Shown here in pieces: positions 22,435 to 32,033 of a stretch of 34,202 nucleotides of DNA (position 1 is the first letter of the stretch; every line of letters begins with the position of its first letter). The DNA is from a virus. The DNA lies in the IMG/VR virus record IMGVR_UViG_3300031647_000028; one strand, 5' to 3'. Both the position numbers and the translations under genes were made by a program. The notes under the pieces are model-generated. The model was given only the letters and a program-made list of their open reading frames with translations, ran no database searches and was not told the DNA's origin.

Positions 22435-25329
22435 CTATTGAATTTTTTGTTCTATTTCTTCAGCTTTATGATTTACACTTGTCTTGAGTCCGGTGTACAT
22501 ATATACCGGTAATATTTCTTTAATCAAACCAGTGATTTCTTTCATTTTTAATGGGGTATCGATATTGAAATCCATTTTTGCTACAGAATTATTTATCTTC
22601 TTCATGCCATCCCTATCAACCAATAGCTCAAATACACTTCTATCCATATTTTGCTTTGTTTTAAAGTCTAACATTCTAGAGCCTAGTCTAGTCATTTTCA
22701 TAGTAATACTAGATATCCGGTCTCTAATTTGAGAAGATACATATTTTGCATCAAGACCTTTAGCAATTTTACCAACAGGATCTAACTCTTGAGGGTTTAT
22801 TGTCGCACCCAACTTTGAAACATCAATCCCGTGCATTGCATCAATAACCTTAGCAAAGTCTTTCAGATCTTGAGTATAACCTTTACCCATTATATCATTT
22901 ATAATTTTAGCGTTTGCTTTGTCACCAAGCCAATGATAAGCACCCATAGGCTGAGTTTTAAGAGTTTCCACAAACTCCCTTCTAACTCTCTCTAACACGG
23001 CTGTCCTGGTTGAAGAGTCAAGCATTTTCAAATCTTTAAAGAATTTAACTCTCTTTTGAGGACTACCAATAATACCTTGTGCTAATTTTTTATAGCTAGG
23101 CCAAAAATCACTTGTGGTTAGAAAATGATCTGCAACTTTATTTCTTTCAACTTTAAGAGCATCGTCAAGAGTTCCCATTCTCATACCAAGATAATCAGCA
23201 TCTGTTTGTAGTTTATCAAGTTCACCTCTCATTCCAGGTATTCCATCGATAACATCTTTATTTTTTGCTAGTTCTTTAGCAAGCTTCTTACGATCTAAAA
23301 CTCCATTGACTACTGTCTTAGTGTATAGCTTGGCAATCATTGCGTCACGAGCAAGCTGAGGGCCTTCTTTGCCAGCTACGTTCATATACTGATCAAGAGC
23401 TTCACGGTTCTTTAGGATAATGTTAGCAACTTCAGAAGAATATCTCTTTTTACCGATTTGAGCAATAGCTTCAGCATCAAACGGAAGACCTACCTTTTCA
23501 AAATATAACTTATCAATACTTTTTAACTCTAAGTCAAACTCTTCTGGCAATAGTGATCTTAAACCACCACGACTACCATCTTGTCTTGTATGACCCATAG
23601 CATCATCTAACTGTTTAACTCTACGCAATTCAGATGGATCTCTTGTTTCACGTTTAAGTTTATTAATTAATCGTTTCAAAGAGTCAACCTGAGAAAACGT
23701 AAGCTCTGGAGATTGCAAAGTTTCCTGTCCGGTTATCTCGTTCTTTACATTTCTTGGTTTTAGAAGCTTGATAATTTTAATATCAGCTTCAGACCCCTTT
23801 CCAAATAGATCACGAGCATTATTTTCTTCTACAAACCTCCAGAAATCTTCAACTGCATCCGATGGGATTTTAACTCCCATTTCATCAGCTTTCCACTCTA
23901 ACTCATCATACAAAGGTTTAACCTCTGCTCTAGCCAAGCTCTCACGTTTAGCTATTAATTTTTCAATAGCAATACCACGATCAAGATCAGACATAGTTGG
24001 ATCAAGCCTTTCTTGTAAGTTTACAATACGATCATCAATATTAGATCTAGCTTTAATTAATCTCTGTTGGCGAGCTTGCATACCTTTCTTAATAGCTGTA
24101 TCAGACCAAGGTAGCTCTGTGTATCTACCACCAAATATTTTATCTGCATTTACCTCAACTAATTCTTTCATCCTGTCTAGTTCCATCTGGAAACCGTGCC
24201 TAAATGAAGAGTTTGTTCTGGCTAATTTAACTAATTCAGCATGAGCTGTTGGGCTTTGGTTTGCCGCAGCAATTAAAGGAAAGTCTCCAGCATCCCATTT
24301 AACGCCAATCTTATTTAAATCTTTCAAGATCACGTCAATATCAGGATTCTCTTCGATAATTTTATTTAATATACCTTTAACGTATGTAGTGGCAAATGCT
24401 TTTTGAGCGTCATTAGGGTTGTTCTTAACTTCTTTAAACTTCCTGATAGCAGATCCACCAGTGTTAAATAAAGCAGACGTAACCGGAGCTGATATAGTTG
24501 CAGCAGGTATAGTAGCAGCTAAAGCGCCAATAGTCCTCCAACTTCCTGTCTCTGGCTCACCTGTATAAGACTCTTCTAGAGATCCACCAAGATCGCCACC
24601 ACCTTCAGCGCCCATACCAACAATTTGTAAGCCCATAGCTCTTGCTAGTACAGTAGTAATCTTACCTCCGGTTTTAACTAGCAATCCGTATGGATCAGAG
24701 AAAGCCTCAACACCAGAACCAAGATATCTATGAATATCATTAGGCGGTTTTTTACCAGTTTGATCAACATCTAAATTAAACAGCTCTTGATACCCATGCT
24801 GATAATTCATGTAGTTTTCACCAAAAGTTTGATATAGATCTTCAAGAGCATTTTCTTTGTTAGAAAGAGATGGTAGAGATGACTTGGTCATAAGGTTAAA
24901 TGTATTTTTAGCTAAGTCTCCGCCAAACTGTGAAACTGTTTCACTAAATGGTTGTGACGCTATATCTTCAATTGGATCAACTACCAGTGTTTTAAAAAAT
25001 GCGCCCACCATTGACGGTGTGCTTGTAATGCCTGATTCGATACGGTCAATATAATACTCACTAAGGTCTGTGTATCTATTCTCTCCAGACTGCCCCTGCT
25101 CTAATTTAGAAGCGTAATCCATTAACTGATCATCTGTCATAGATTTAAGATCTACAGAGCCTGCTGTTTGCTCTCTAGGGGTTTCACCAGCAAGTTTAGC
25201 AATGTAAGCTGTTAAATCTTCATCACTCATCTTACTCATTTCATCATCATAAGCAGATTTTGCTACAGGGTCTTTTGTGTGAACCTTATCATCTGTGTCA
25301 GTCCATGTTCCATCAAACTTTGTAGTCAT
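22435..25329 (-). CDS. Large internal virion (ejection) protein candidate
   Basis: 964 aa, the largest ORF. It lies downstream of the tail-tube genes, as do the T7 gp15/16-type proteins. No enzymatic motif seen. Confidence 0.4.
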   Translation of the reverse strand: MTTKFDGTWTDTDDKVHTKDPVAKSAYDDEMSKMSDEDLTAYIAKLAGETPREQTAGSVDLKSMTDDQLMDYASKLEQGQSGENRYTDLSEYYIDRIESGITSTPSMVGAFFKTLVVDPIEDIASQPFSETVSQFGGDLAKNTFNLMTKSSLPSLSNKENALEDLYQTFGENYMNYQHGYQELFNLDVDQTGKKPPNDIHRYLGSGVEAFSDPYGLLVKTGGKITTVLARAMGLQIVGMGAEGGGDLGGSLEESYTGEPETGSWRTIGALAATIPAATISAPVTSALFNTGGSAIRKFKEVKNNPNDAQKAFATTYVKGILNKIIEENPDIDVILKDLNKIGVKWDAGDFPLIAAANQSPTAHAELVKLARTNSSFRHGFQMELDRMKELVEVNADKIFGGRYTELPWSDTAIKKGMQARQQRLIKARSNIDDRIVNLQERLDPTMSDLDRGIAIEKLIAKRESLARAEVKPLYDELEWKADEMGVKIPSDAVEDFWRFVEENNARDLFGKGSEADIKIIKLLKPRNVKNEITGQETLQSPELTFSQVDSLKRLINKLKRETRDPSELRRVKQLDDAMGHTRQDGSRGGLRSLLPEEFDLELKSIDKLYFEKVGLPFDAEAIAQIGKKRYSSEVANIILKNREALDQYMNVAGKEGPQLARDAMIAKLYTKTVVNGVLDRKKLAKELAKNKDVIDGIPGMRGELDKLQTDADYLGMRMGTLDDALKVERNKVADHFLTTSDFWPSYKKLAQGIIGSPQKRVKFFKDLKMLDSSTRTAVLERVRREFVETLKTQPMGAYHWLGDKANAKIINDIMGKGYTQDLKDFAKVIDAMHGIDVSKLGATINPQELDPVGKIAKGLDAKYVSSQIRDRISSITMKMTRLGSRMLDFKTKQNMDRSVFELLVDRDGMKKINNSVAKMDFNIDTPLKMKEITGLIKEILPVYMYTGLKTSVNHKAEEIEQKIQ

Positions 25330-26450
25330 TATTTTCCTCGTCTTTTAAGTTCTTGTCTGGCAAGCTCAAGCTTTTGAGCTGTTGTGAAAAATTGAGCTGT
25401 ACTTGGTCGAATCCACTTACTCAAAGTGTCCTTATCATATCTGTTCTCGTATTTTGATGTGTAATCATCAACTTTAGAGTTGTATTTTTCTTGATCTAAT
25501 TGACCAATTCTAACAAGCATTTCTTCAATATCATTTAATGTTTGAGCGGATGTATCACCTGATATAAACCTTGAAATTGAGTTTGCTATTCTTTGACCAA
25601 GACCACCGATCTTCATAACTTGCTGAACTTCAGGGTTTGAGATTCTCTTATCAGAGTTAAATTTAGCTAGGATTCTTTCCATCTGTGGCATGGCAGCAGT
25701 ATTACCATTTCTAACCTGATTAACAATATTTATTCCAGTTTCAATAGTAGAAATATTCTCTTTAAGATTTTTAGTCTCACCAGTAAATTGAGCGTTCATA
25801 CTCTCAAGAGCTTTTGTGTCTATGTTTTGTTTTTTGTCTGATGTTAAATCAGTTGGTTGAGACGAAGGTGTAACAACAGCTGATTGTACTTTTGCAAGCC
25901 CTGGGTCTTGTTTCATTTGAGAAAGTCTATTTTCAAGAGCGTTCATCCAAGGGTGTATAAACGTATCAGTAGTAGCACTAACTTGCGCAACATCAGGTGA
26001 TGAATTTGCAATAGCACTAATATCGTCTTCACTTAAAAAATAATTTCTTCTCTCGGCTTCTTTACGAATATCTTCTCTTTTGTCTTTTCTAACAGCTTGC
26101 CATTTCTTTGTAGTAGAAGAATCAGTCATGTCGTTAGCCATCTTCATAATTTGCTGATAATCATCCATCTGACCAAGATTTTTAAAGGCATTAGCCATTT
26201 GAACCATTTGTGAGTAAGTTGTAGGATTAGGAAACATAGCTTGGACTTCTTGTCTAGCTTGTTGCTTAACTTGAGCAGGAGTTTGGTATCCTGCAGCTTC
26301 CATTGCAGCACCACCAAGCATACCACCAGCTTGAGCCATTACAGCAGCAGCAACACCGCCTTCTCTAATCTTAGAATAATCAAGACCAGTTTGTCTATTA
26401 GCTACCTTCTCTTCAGCTAAAGCGTCATAAACATTTCCTAATTCTGCCAT
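25329..26450 (-). CDS. Internal virion protein candidate
   Basis: 373 aa, helical and Gln-rich. Called from position. Confidence 0.35.
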   Translation of the reverse strand: MAELGNVYDALAEEKVANRQTGLDYSKIREGGVAAAVMAQAGGMLGGAAMEAAGYQTPAQVKQQARQEVQAMFPNPTTYSQMVQMANAFKNLGQMDDYQQIMKMANDMTDSSTTKKWQAVRKDKREDIRKEAERRNYFLSEDDISAIANSSPDVAQVSATTDTFIHPWMNALENRLSQMKQDPGLAKVQSAVVTPSSQPTDLTSDKKQNIDTKALESMNAQFTGETKNLKENISTIETGINIVNQVRNGNTAAMPQMERILAKFNSDKRISNPEVQQVMKIGGLGQRIANSISRFISGDTSAQTLNDIEEMLVRIGQLDQEKYNSKVDDYTSKYENRYDKDTLSKWIRPSTAQFFTTAQKLELARQELKRRGK

Positions 26451-26460
26451 GATGTCTCCT

Positions 26461-27228
26461 TTAAGTTTTTTTAGGTGGGTTAACGTATCTATCTACAGCA
26501 CCTGCCATACCGCCCCACATACCAGCAGAAGCATCAGACATTTGTTTAGCAGCACTAGCTTGCATATTACCTGCTGTTCCAGCAATACCAGATAAATTAG
26601 CACCAATACCCTGACCAGCCTGACCATAAGTTGCAGGTAAATTACCCAAGCCTTGAGCAAGAGATAAGTCACTAGCATATCGACCTCTGTAAGTATCTTG
26701 TATAGCTTGAGCTTTATCGTAACCAGCAATCTGAGCTTGAGCATCTTGTTGAGCTTGAGCATCAAGTAGAGAGTTCATTTGCATTTGACCACCAGTTGAA
26801 CCAAACATACCTTGAGCTACAAGTCTATTTTCACGTTCAAGTCTTTGTTGTTGTTGTCCTGGAGCATATAAAGCTTTTTGTTGCTCGTAGAATTTTTTAC
26901 CCATTGCAGCAGGATCAGTTCCAAGTGCGTTTGCTTGCGTTCTATTAGATTTTGCTGAAGCCATTGAAGCATCATACTGAGCTTGCATTTCTGGAGACAG
27001 GGTTTGTAAAGATGTTCTTGACTCAGGATCAAAAGTTGTAGCACCAAATACACCACCTACGTTCCAAGGTTGTGAGCGTTCCCAAGCTAATTGAGCAGCT
27101 TGCTCTTGAGCGCTTGTAGATTCCCTAGCAGCTTTACTTGCCATATAGCCAGTTCCTAAAGCAACGCCAGCATTTAGTAAAGGCTTATTCCAGTCCTCGT
27201 TCCATTTAAAATCATCCCAAAAAGCCAT
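26461..27228 (-). CDS. Gln/Gly/Ala-rich internal virion protein candidate
   Basis: 255 aa, low-complexity QAQ/GG-rich. Called from position. Confidence 0.35.
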   Translation of the reverse strand: MAFWDDFKWNEDWNKPLLNAGVALGTGYMASKAARESTSAQEQAAQLAWERSQPWNVGGVFGATTFDPESRTSLQTLSPEMQAQYDASMASAKSNRTQANALGTDPAAMGKKFYEQQKALYAPGQQQQRLERENRLVAQGMFGSTGGQMQMNSLLDAQAQQDAQAQIAGYDKAQAIQDTYRGRYASDLSLAQGLGNLPATYGQAGQGIGANLSGIAGTAGNMQASAAKQMSDASAGMWGGMAGAVDRYVNPPKKT

Positions 27229-27239
27229 GTTATTTCTCC

Positions 27240-28295
27240 TTAATAATCTGATACACCGACTTCATCGGCAACATCTTGTTCATCGGCAGCAGTATATCCA
27301 CCACCTGTGTTATTGTCATTTCCATCAAAACTTGTAGCAAAGTCCATATCCTCTTTAGAGAATCCGCCTTCATAATAATCTCCAGCTACAGTGCCTTCAG
27401 AAGTATTCATACTTCCGTAACCATCGTTACCACCAAAATAATTACTAATAGAATTGCTAACACCATTAAACATTCCAGCAAAATCACTCACTGAGCTAGG
27501 CTCTTGAGTTATCTCAAACATACTTCCTCTGTTATTTATTGCTAAACTTTCACCTGGAGCTTTCATACCATAGCCAGTTGATTTATCTTCAACTTGAACA
27601 TTACCTGGAGTCCATGTTTCATTATAGTTTGCAACAGAAAGATCAGATTCTTTTACAATGTCTTGAATACTTTTTCCTGATCTTAGCTCGTCAGCCATAA
27701 ATTCCATACCTACATTTCTTGCTGCGTCAAATTCACGCGTACCTTCTTTAAATCCCAAGGATTTAGCAACACCTGTTCCTAGACTACCTACCTCAGCTTT
27801 CCATTCTCCTGGGCTAATAGCTCTTCCTAACTCTTGTCCAGCTATTCCGCCAATATTAGATAGGGCTATAGCTTCTTGAAGAGAGCCAGCTTGTGAGCCT
27901 AGTATAGAAGAGCCTAAGTAAGACCCTATGCCTCCCGCTGGGTTTTTACCCATAGCATAATCAGTAAGAGACGAAATAGGCGCGCCAGTAAGGAATCCAC
28001 CAACTTGCGCTAAATCTCTACCACTAATACCATCATCTTTCCAGTAGTCATAGTAATCTTGAACTTCTTTTTCTCTTGGTGTTAATGCTGGTCCAGCTGG
28101 AGTTGGAGCTTCAAAATTATAGTTTCCGTCACTAATATTACCAGCAATATCAAGACCAGCAGACAAAGCAGGATTGACTGATTGCTGACTATCAAGCCAA
28201 CGTCTATAATACTGATTCTGTCTAAACATACCGTCTTGACCTAATAAGTTATTAAGCCCTGCATTAGCTGTTAAATTTTCTAGTGCTGTTGACAT
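27240..28295 (-). CDS. Hypothetical structural protein
   Basis: 351 aa, Gly/Ser-rich, in the structural block. Confidence 0.4.
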   Translation of the reverse strand: MSTALENLTANAGLNNLLGQDGMFRQNQYYRRWLDSQQSVNPALSAGLDIAGNISDGNYNFEAPTPAGPALTPREKEVQDYYDYWKDDGISGRDLAQVGGFLTGAPISSLTDYAMGKNPAGGIGSYLGSSILGSQAGSLQEAIALSNIGGIAGQELGRAISPGEWKAEVGSLGTGVAKSLGFKEGTREFDAARNVGMEFMADELRSGKSIQDIVKESDLSVANYNETWTPGNVQVEDKSTGYGMKAPGESLAINNRGSMFEITQEPSSVSDFAGMFNGVSNSISNYFGGNDGYGSMNTSEGTVAGDYYEGGFSKEDMDFATSFDGNDNNTGGGYTAADEQDVADEVGVSDY

Positions 28296-28742
28296 TTAAG
28301 CTCCGTTATCTCTTCTAAGTGAGCAACTTGTTCCACCATTGTGTGAGGTGTTAGCACCTGTAACTGAATGACCTTCCCATAGATAAAAGGAAGCCGAGCC
28401 ATTTCCTGTAAAAGTACCATCGCTTGTAACCATACGATATCCTGTATTTAGTATTACATCCCATCGTGTATCGCCACCTGGTCCTACACTGTAAGAGGAG
28501 GATTTGATAGCGGCAACATAGGTACTCTTTAGTTGAGCAATAGCGTTTTCTAAGTTCTGTGAATCAGGTGCTAAGCTAAAACTATAAAGCGTAGTCTCTG
28601 ATGAATAATCTCCAACACCCCAAACCTTGGTACTTCCAAAGTAAACCTCGCCTACCGCAGAAGGAGAGCTTACAGTAGAACCGTTACTCTCTATCGTATG
28701 AGTGTACCAGTTTAAAGAAGTACCGTTGAAAGTTATTGACAT
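28296..28742 (-). CDS. Hypothetical structural protein
   Basis: 148 aa, Ser/Thr/Gly-rich and beta-like. Confidence 0.4.
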   Translation of the reverse strand: MSITFNGTSLNWYTHTIESNGSTVSSPSAVGEVYFGSTKVWGVGDYSSETTLYSFSLAPDSQNLENAIAQLKSTYVAAIKSSSYSVGPGGDTRWDVILNTGYRMVTSDGTFTGNGSASFYLWEGHSVTGANTSHNGGTSCSLRRDNGA

Positions 28743-29143
28743 TATGTTGTACTAATAGTTAATGTTGTTCCTGACAACGAAGCCTTCACACCACCAAGTG
28801 CAGAAGATGTCGCAGCAGGTAAAGTGTAAGTAGTTATACCAGCAACTACAGCCGCAGCCGCAGTAGTTACAAATGCTGTTGTGGCTAATTTAGTTGTATT
28901 GTCTCCAGTAGTAGGAGTTGGTCCAGTTGCCTCGCCTACAATGGTCGCTGTTCCAGAAACCGTTAAGTTGTTAATAGCGAAGGCTTCACTAGATGATCCA
29001 TTTAGATTAGCTTTAGTATTAACTGCTGTTTGAACAGCTGAAAACTCAGTGTTAAAATCTGTTCCAGAGATTACCTTGGCTGCATCTGAATCAGATAAAG
29101 CGTCTTTACCACTCCAGTTTACTGCAATTGTATAGTTACTCAT
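28742..29143 (-). CDS. Small tail-fibre-like / tail-associated protein
   Basis: GDNTTKLATTAFV is a motif common in phage tail-fibre proteins. 133 aa. Confidence 0.45.
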   Translation of the reverse strand: MSNYTIAVNWSGKDALSDSDAAKVISGTDFNTEFSAVQTAVNTKANLNGSSSEAFAINNLTVSGTATIVGEATGPTPTTGDNTTKLATTAFVTTAAAAVVAGITTYTLPAATSSALGGVKASLSGTTLTISTT

Positions 29144-30726
29144 CGTATCTTCCCTTGTTTATATAATAATGTCATATCTTGTAATGAAGAGGTAGAGCCA
29201 TTGGTTTCACCACTCATCTCTAGTTGTAAATACTTAGCACTTCCTGTTAGAGGAATATTGTATTCTTTCATTCCAAAAATAGGTGCGAATTTAGATGTAC
29301 CAAATAAAGATGTTGTAGCTCCAAATAAAGAAGCTGTTCCCGAGCTTCCTGGATTTAGCAAGAAGTTTGTTGTATTAGATGGCTCGATACTAAAGTCTTT
29401 ATACCACTTAACACCAATAGTAGTTCCTGATCCACCTGAAATTACAGCTTTAATCTTCTTTAGGATAGAAGCCATAGCGCCTTGACCCAAGTCTATCCAA
29501 GTAGTTTTAAATGTTCCTGTGTAAGATGCAGACGTATAAGTTCCACCGCTCACATAATCCTTATCATAATACCCTTCATAAGTAGCTATTGATCCCGCTA
29601 TCTGACCTATTAAAAAGCCCTTAGAGTCTGTGTAAGCCATGCTAGATGGGTTTCTATCATCATCGAATGACCATGTTGTTATTCTTGGAGTGCCTGAAGG
29701 AGTTTCATGCTTAATATCAAAGACATAGGTTATGTTTAAATCAACAAAAGATAAAACATAAGTACCTTCGTTCTCAACATACAACGCTTTAGCATTTGAA
29801 CTTTGAGAGATGTTTCTAATAATTGTATCTTTGATTGTTAAAGATAAGTCTTGTAGTGGTACATTATCCTTCTCTGTTGTTCTGCTTAAAGACCTTACAC
29901 CTGTTGAAGATAGGAAGTATAAATCATCACCAACCGACTGTATTGAGTCTCTTGAAACACAACCAATACCTCTAATAACTTCGTCTAATACCATAGTAGA
30001 TGGTTCAGATGGTCCGCCATATATGACGATGTTACTCTTACCAAAGATAACTAGCTTTCCATAGAATGGAGCAATAGCTACAATATCATCTGTTCCCCAA
30101 ACGGTTTTCAAATCAACCGCACCAGCAGCACCTGAACTCCACTTATGAGCATTTAAAGTATCAGAGTAATAAACAACATCCTTCTCTTCAGTAATACCGC
30201 CTACCCATAGCCTTCCGTAGAATCCCATTCCACAGCTTGGATTAAAAGTGGTTACACCAGCGGGTGCGTTATATCCAGAAGTAGCAGGCAACGCCGCCCA
30301 AGTAGTGCCATCCAACTCTATAGGTATATGACCAGATTGAACGCAGTATAGCTCACGATTAAAGTCTATCATTTGCCAGTCAGAGGCAGAGCCTCCAGTA
30401 GCATAAGCAGCAGTCCAAGGGGAGTTAGGGGCAGTAAAGTCTACTGTGTACATATTAGTACCTACAGCGGCAACTACAACACCCGTACTTGTCTCACCTA
30501 TAGCACCAATCTTAGCAGTTGTCTTTAATATATTCTGCTTAACGCCTTTTCTAAATGAGATACGACCTGATTCTCTTAAAACAATATTATCCGCTTCAGT
30601 TAACCATGATTGATCGATAGCGGCAGGATTTGCCTGAACGTTTAAACCATTCAGTCCTAAATTATCTAATGGAGTATATTCTAATCTAGCTGACATACCA
30701 ATCACTTTCGTATTTAGTATTGCCAC
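29140..30726 (-). CDS. Tail tubular protein B / nozzle-like protein
   Basis: 528 aa, beta-rich, directly after the tube-A-like gene. The track start is a GTG at 30726, and an alternative ATG lies at 30696. Confidence 0.4.
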   Translation of the reverse strand: MAILNTKVIGMSARLEYTPLDNLGLNGLNVQANPAAIDQSWLTEADNIVLRESGRISFRKGVKQNILKTTAKIGAIGETSTGVVVAAVGTNMYTVDFTAPNSPWTAAYATGGSASDWQMIDFNRELYCVQSGHIPIELDGTTWAALPATSGYNAPAGVTTFNPSCGMGFYGRLWVGGITEEKDVVYYSDTLNAHKWSSGAAGAVDLKTVWGTDDIVAIAPFYGKLVIFGKSNIVIYGGPSEPSTMVLDEVIRGIGCVSRDSIQSVGDDLYFLSSTGVRSLSRTTEKDNVPLQDLSLTIKDTIIRNISQSSNAKALYVENEGTYVLSFVDLNITYVFDIKHETPSGTPRITTWSFDDDRNPSSMAYTDSKGFLIGQIAGSIATYEGYYDKDYVSGGTYTSASYTGTFKTTWIDLGQGAMASILKKIKAVISGGSGTTIGVKWYKDFSIEPSNTTNFLLNPGSSGTASLFGATTSLFGTSKFAPIFGMKEYNIPLTGSAKYLQLEMSGETNGSTSSLQDMTLLYKQGKIR

Positions 30727-31354
30727 TGTCTAGCATGATAGCTTGATTAAGTATTTCTTTGTATTCCATAGCTATTACACTAGATTGAGTTCCACCGTCT
30801 TCACCACGCTCTGCTACAGCTCTCATCCAAGCACCAATAACAACAGGCTTTTCTGGTATTTTAATTGCGGTAGCTGAAAGTTTTAATACATCTTGATATT
30901 TAACAATGTCAAATGAAATGGTTTGGACTTTATTAGGCTTAGGCTCAAAATCAATCTTTAAGTTGTTTGAAGAGTCAACACCGTTAAAAGCATAATATGA
31001 AGGATCGCCTGAATTATCGCTAGGGTATTTCATTGCATTTAAATGTGTACGACTAATCTGATTAAGGTGAGTGCCTTGATCTTGATTTATAACATCGATA
31101 ACTTTTATCTCTTGTCCAGACGATAAATTATAGTTTCTAGTGCCTACTACTGTAGGTACGTCAACAGTTTCACGAAGGACTAGCCAATCGTGGTAAGCTT
31201 CAATATTACTTTTAGAGTCGTTAATCAGTGAGCCAATAACCTTCTGATAGTCGGTTACTGTTGTGCTGTCATTGATATTACCCGACCAGTCGGTAGCAAT
31301 GGTTTCTTCTCTCAACCTGATTAGGACTTCATTGATAAGTTCTCTAAAGGTCAT
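30686..31354 (-). CDS. Tail tubular protein A / adaptor-like protein
   Basis: 222 aa. Position and N-terminal pattern (MTFRELINEV...HDW) are typical of podovirus adaptor/tube-A proteins. GGAG SD present. Confidence 0.4.
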   Translation of the reverse strand: MTFRELINEVLIRLREETIATDWSGNINDSTTVTDYQKVIGSLINDSKSNIEAYHDWLVLRETVDVPTVVGTRNYNLSSGQEIKVIDVINQDQGTHLNQISRTHLNAMKYPSDNSGDPSYYAFNGVDSSNNLKIDFEPKPNKVQTISFDIVKYQDVLKLSATAIKIPEKPVVIGAWMRAVAERGEDGGTQSSVIAMEYKEILNQAIMLDSGNTKYESDWYVS

Positions 31355-31374
31355 TAGGTTCTCCGTTTGGTTGC

Positions 31375-31404
31375 ATTATAATACAAAAACTTCAGTTAAA
31401 TCAA
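31375..31404 (-). promoter_or_regulatory. Sigma70-like promoter upstream of the tail-tube genes
   Basis: On the minus strand: TTGATT (31404-31399), 18-nt spacer, TATAAT (31380-31375). Confidence 0.4.
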
Positions 31405-31512
31405 TTACTTAGAAGATTTCTTTTTAGTTGTCTCTTTCTTTTTAGTTTCACCTTTAAGTTCTGCTTTTGCTTTTACTTTTTTATTTGTAACTTCTATGTT
31501 ATATCTTAACAT
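31405..31512 (-). CDS. Possible 35-aa lysine-rich protein
   Basis: Not in the track. MLRYNIEVTNKKVKAKAELKGETKKKETTKKKSSK. AGGAG lies 7 nt upstream. Confidence 0.35.
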   Translation of the reverse strand: MLRYNIEVTNKKVKAKAELKGETKKKETTKKKSSK

Positions 31513-31527
31513 CTTATTTCTCCTTTA

Positions 31528-31692
31528 TTATTGAGGTTGTGGACATTTACAGTCACACGTTTGTTGTGGATTTATCATTTGCATACTACCTTGCATTACC
31601 TGTTGAGGCATTGACATCATTTGATTAAAGAAAGCAAAAGCTGTTGCTGTTACAATCATACTTGCTAAAAAGATTATTGTAGATTTATTCAT
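31528..31692 (-). CDS. 54-aa exported/membrane protein with a Q/M/P-rich, Cys-containing tail
   Basis: Not in the track; translated codon by codon. MNKSTIIFLASMIVTATAFAFFNQMMSMPQQVMQGSMQMINPQQTCDCKCPQPQ. ATGA overlap with the upstream 114-aa gene. Confidence 0.45.
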   Translation of the reverse strand: MNKSTIIFLASMIVTATAFAFFNQMMSMPQQVMQGSMQMINPQQTCDCKCPQPQ

Positions 31693-32033
31693 AGTGATAA
31701 CGGGTTTCCTGTTGAGTTTACTTTAGTATCAACACGATCTTGGTCTTTTCTTAATGCTTTTATTTTTTCAGACAAGCTAATGATAGCTCCTGAGTTTACT
31801 CTTGTAATTGCTTCTAGCGCAGTATCGTCATATGTATATGTATAAACAGGTGTTTTTTCATGAGAAGAAACATTTAGTGCCTCTATATCAGCTAGTACCG
31901 TCTCGTACTTCTGAAGAGCTAACATCCCTGAGAATACTAAACCACCAATAGCAATAGCTATAGTTACAATCCAGCTTGCTGACATCTTCTTACCTTCTAA
32001 TGCTTCTTTAATAAAATTGATTATTGCTTCCAT
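31689..32033 (-). CDS. Membrane-anchored 114-aa protein (i-spanin-like architecture)
   Basis: TM segment ASWIVTIAIAIGGLVFSGMLAL followed by a soluble helical region. Confidence 0.4.
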   Translation of the reverse strand: MEAIINFIKEALEGKKMSASWIVTIAIAIGGLVFSGMLALQKYETVLADIEALNVSSHEKTPVYTYTYDDTALEAITRVNSGAIISLSEKIKALRKDQDRVDTKVNSTGNPLSL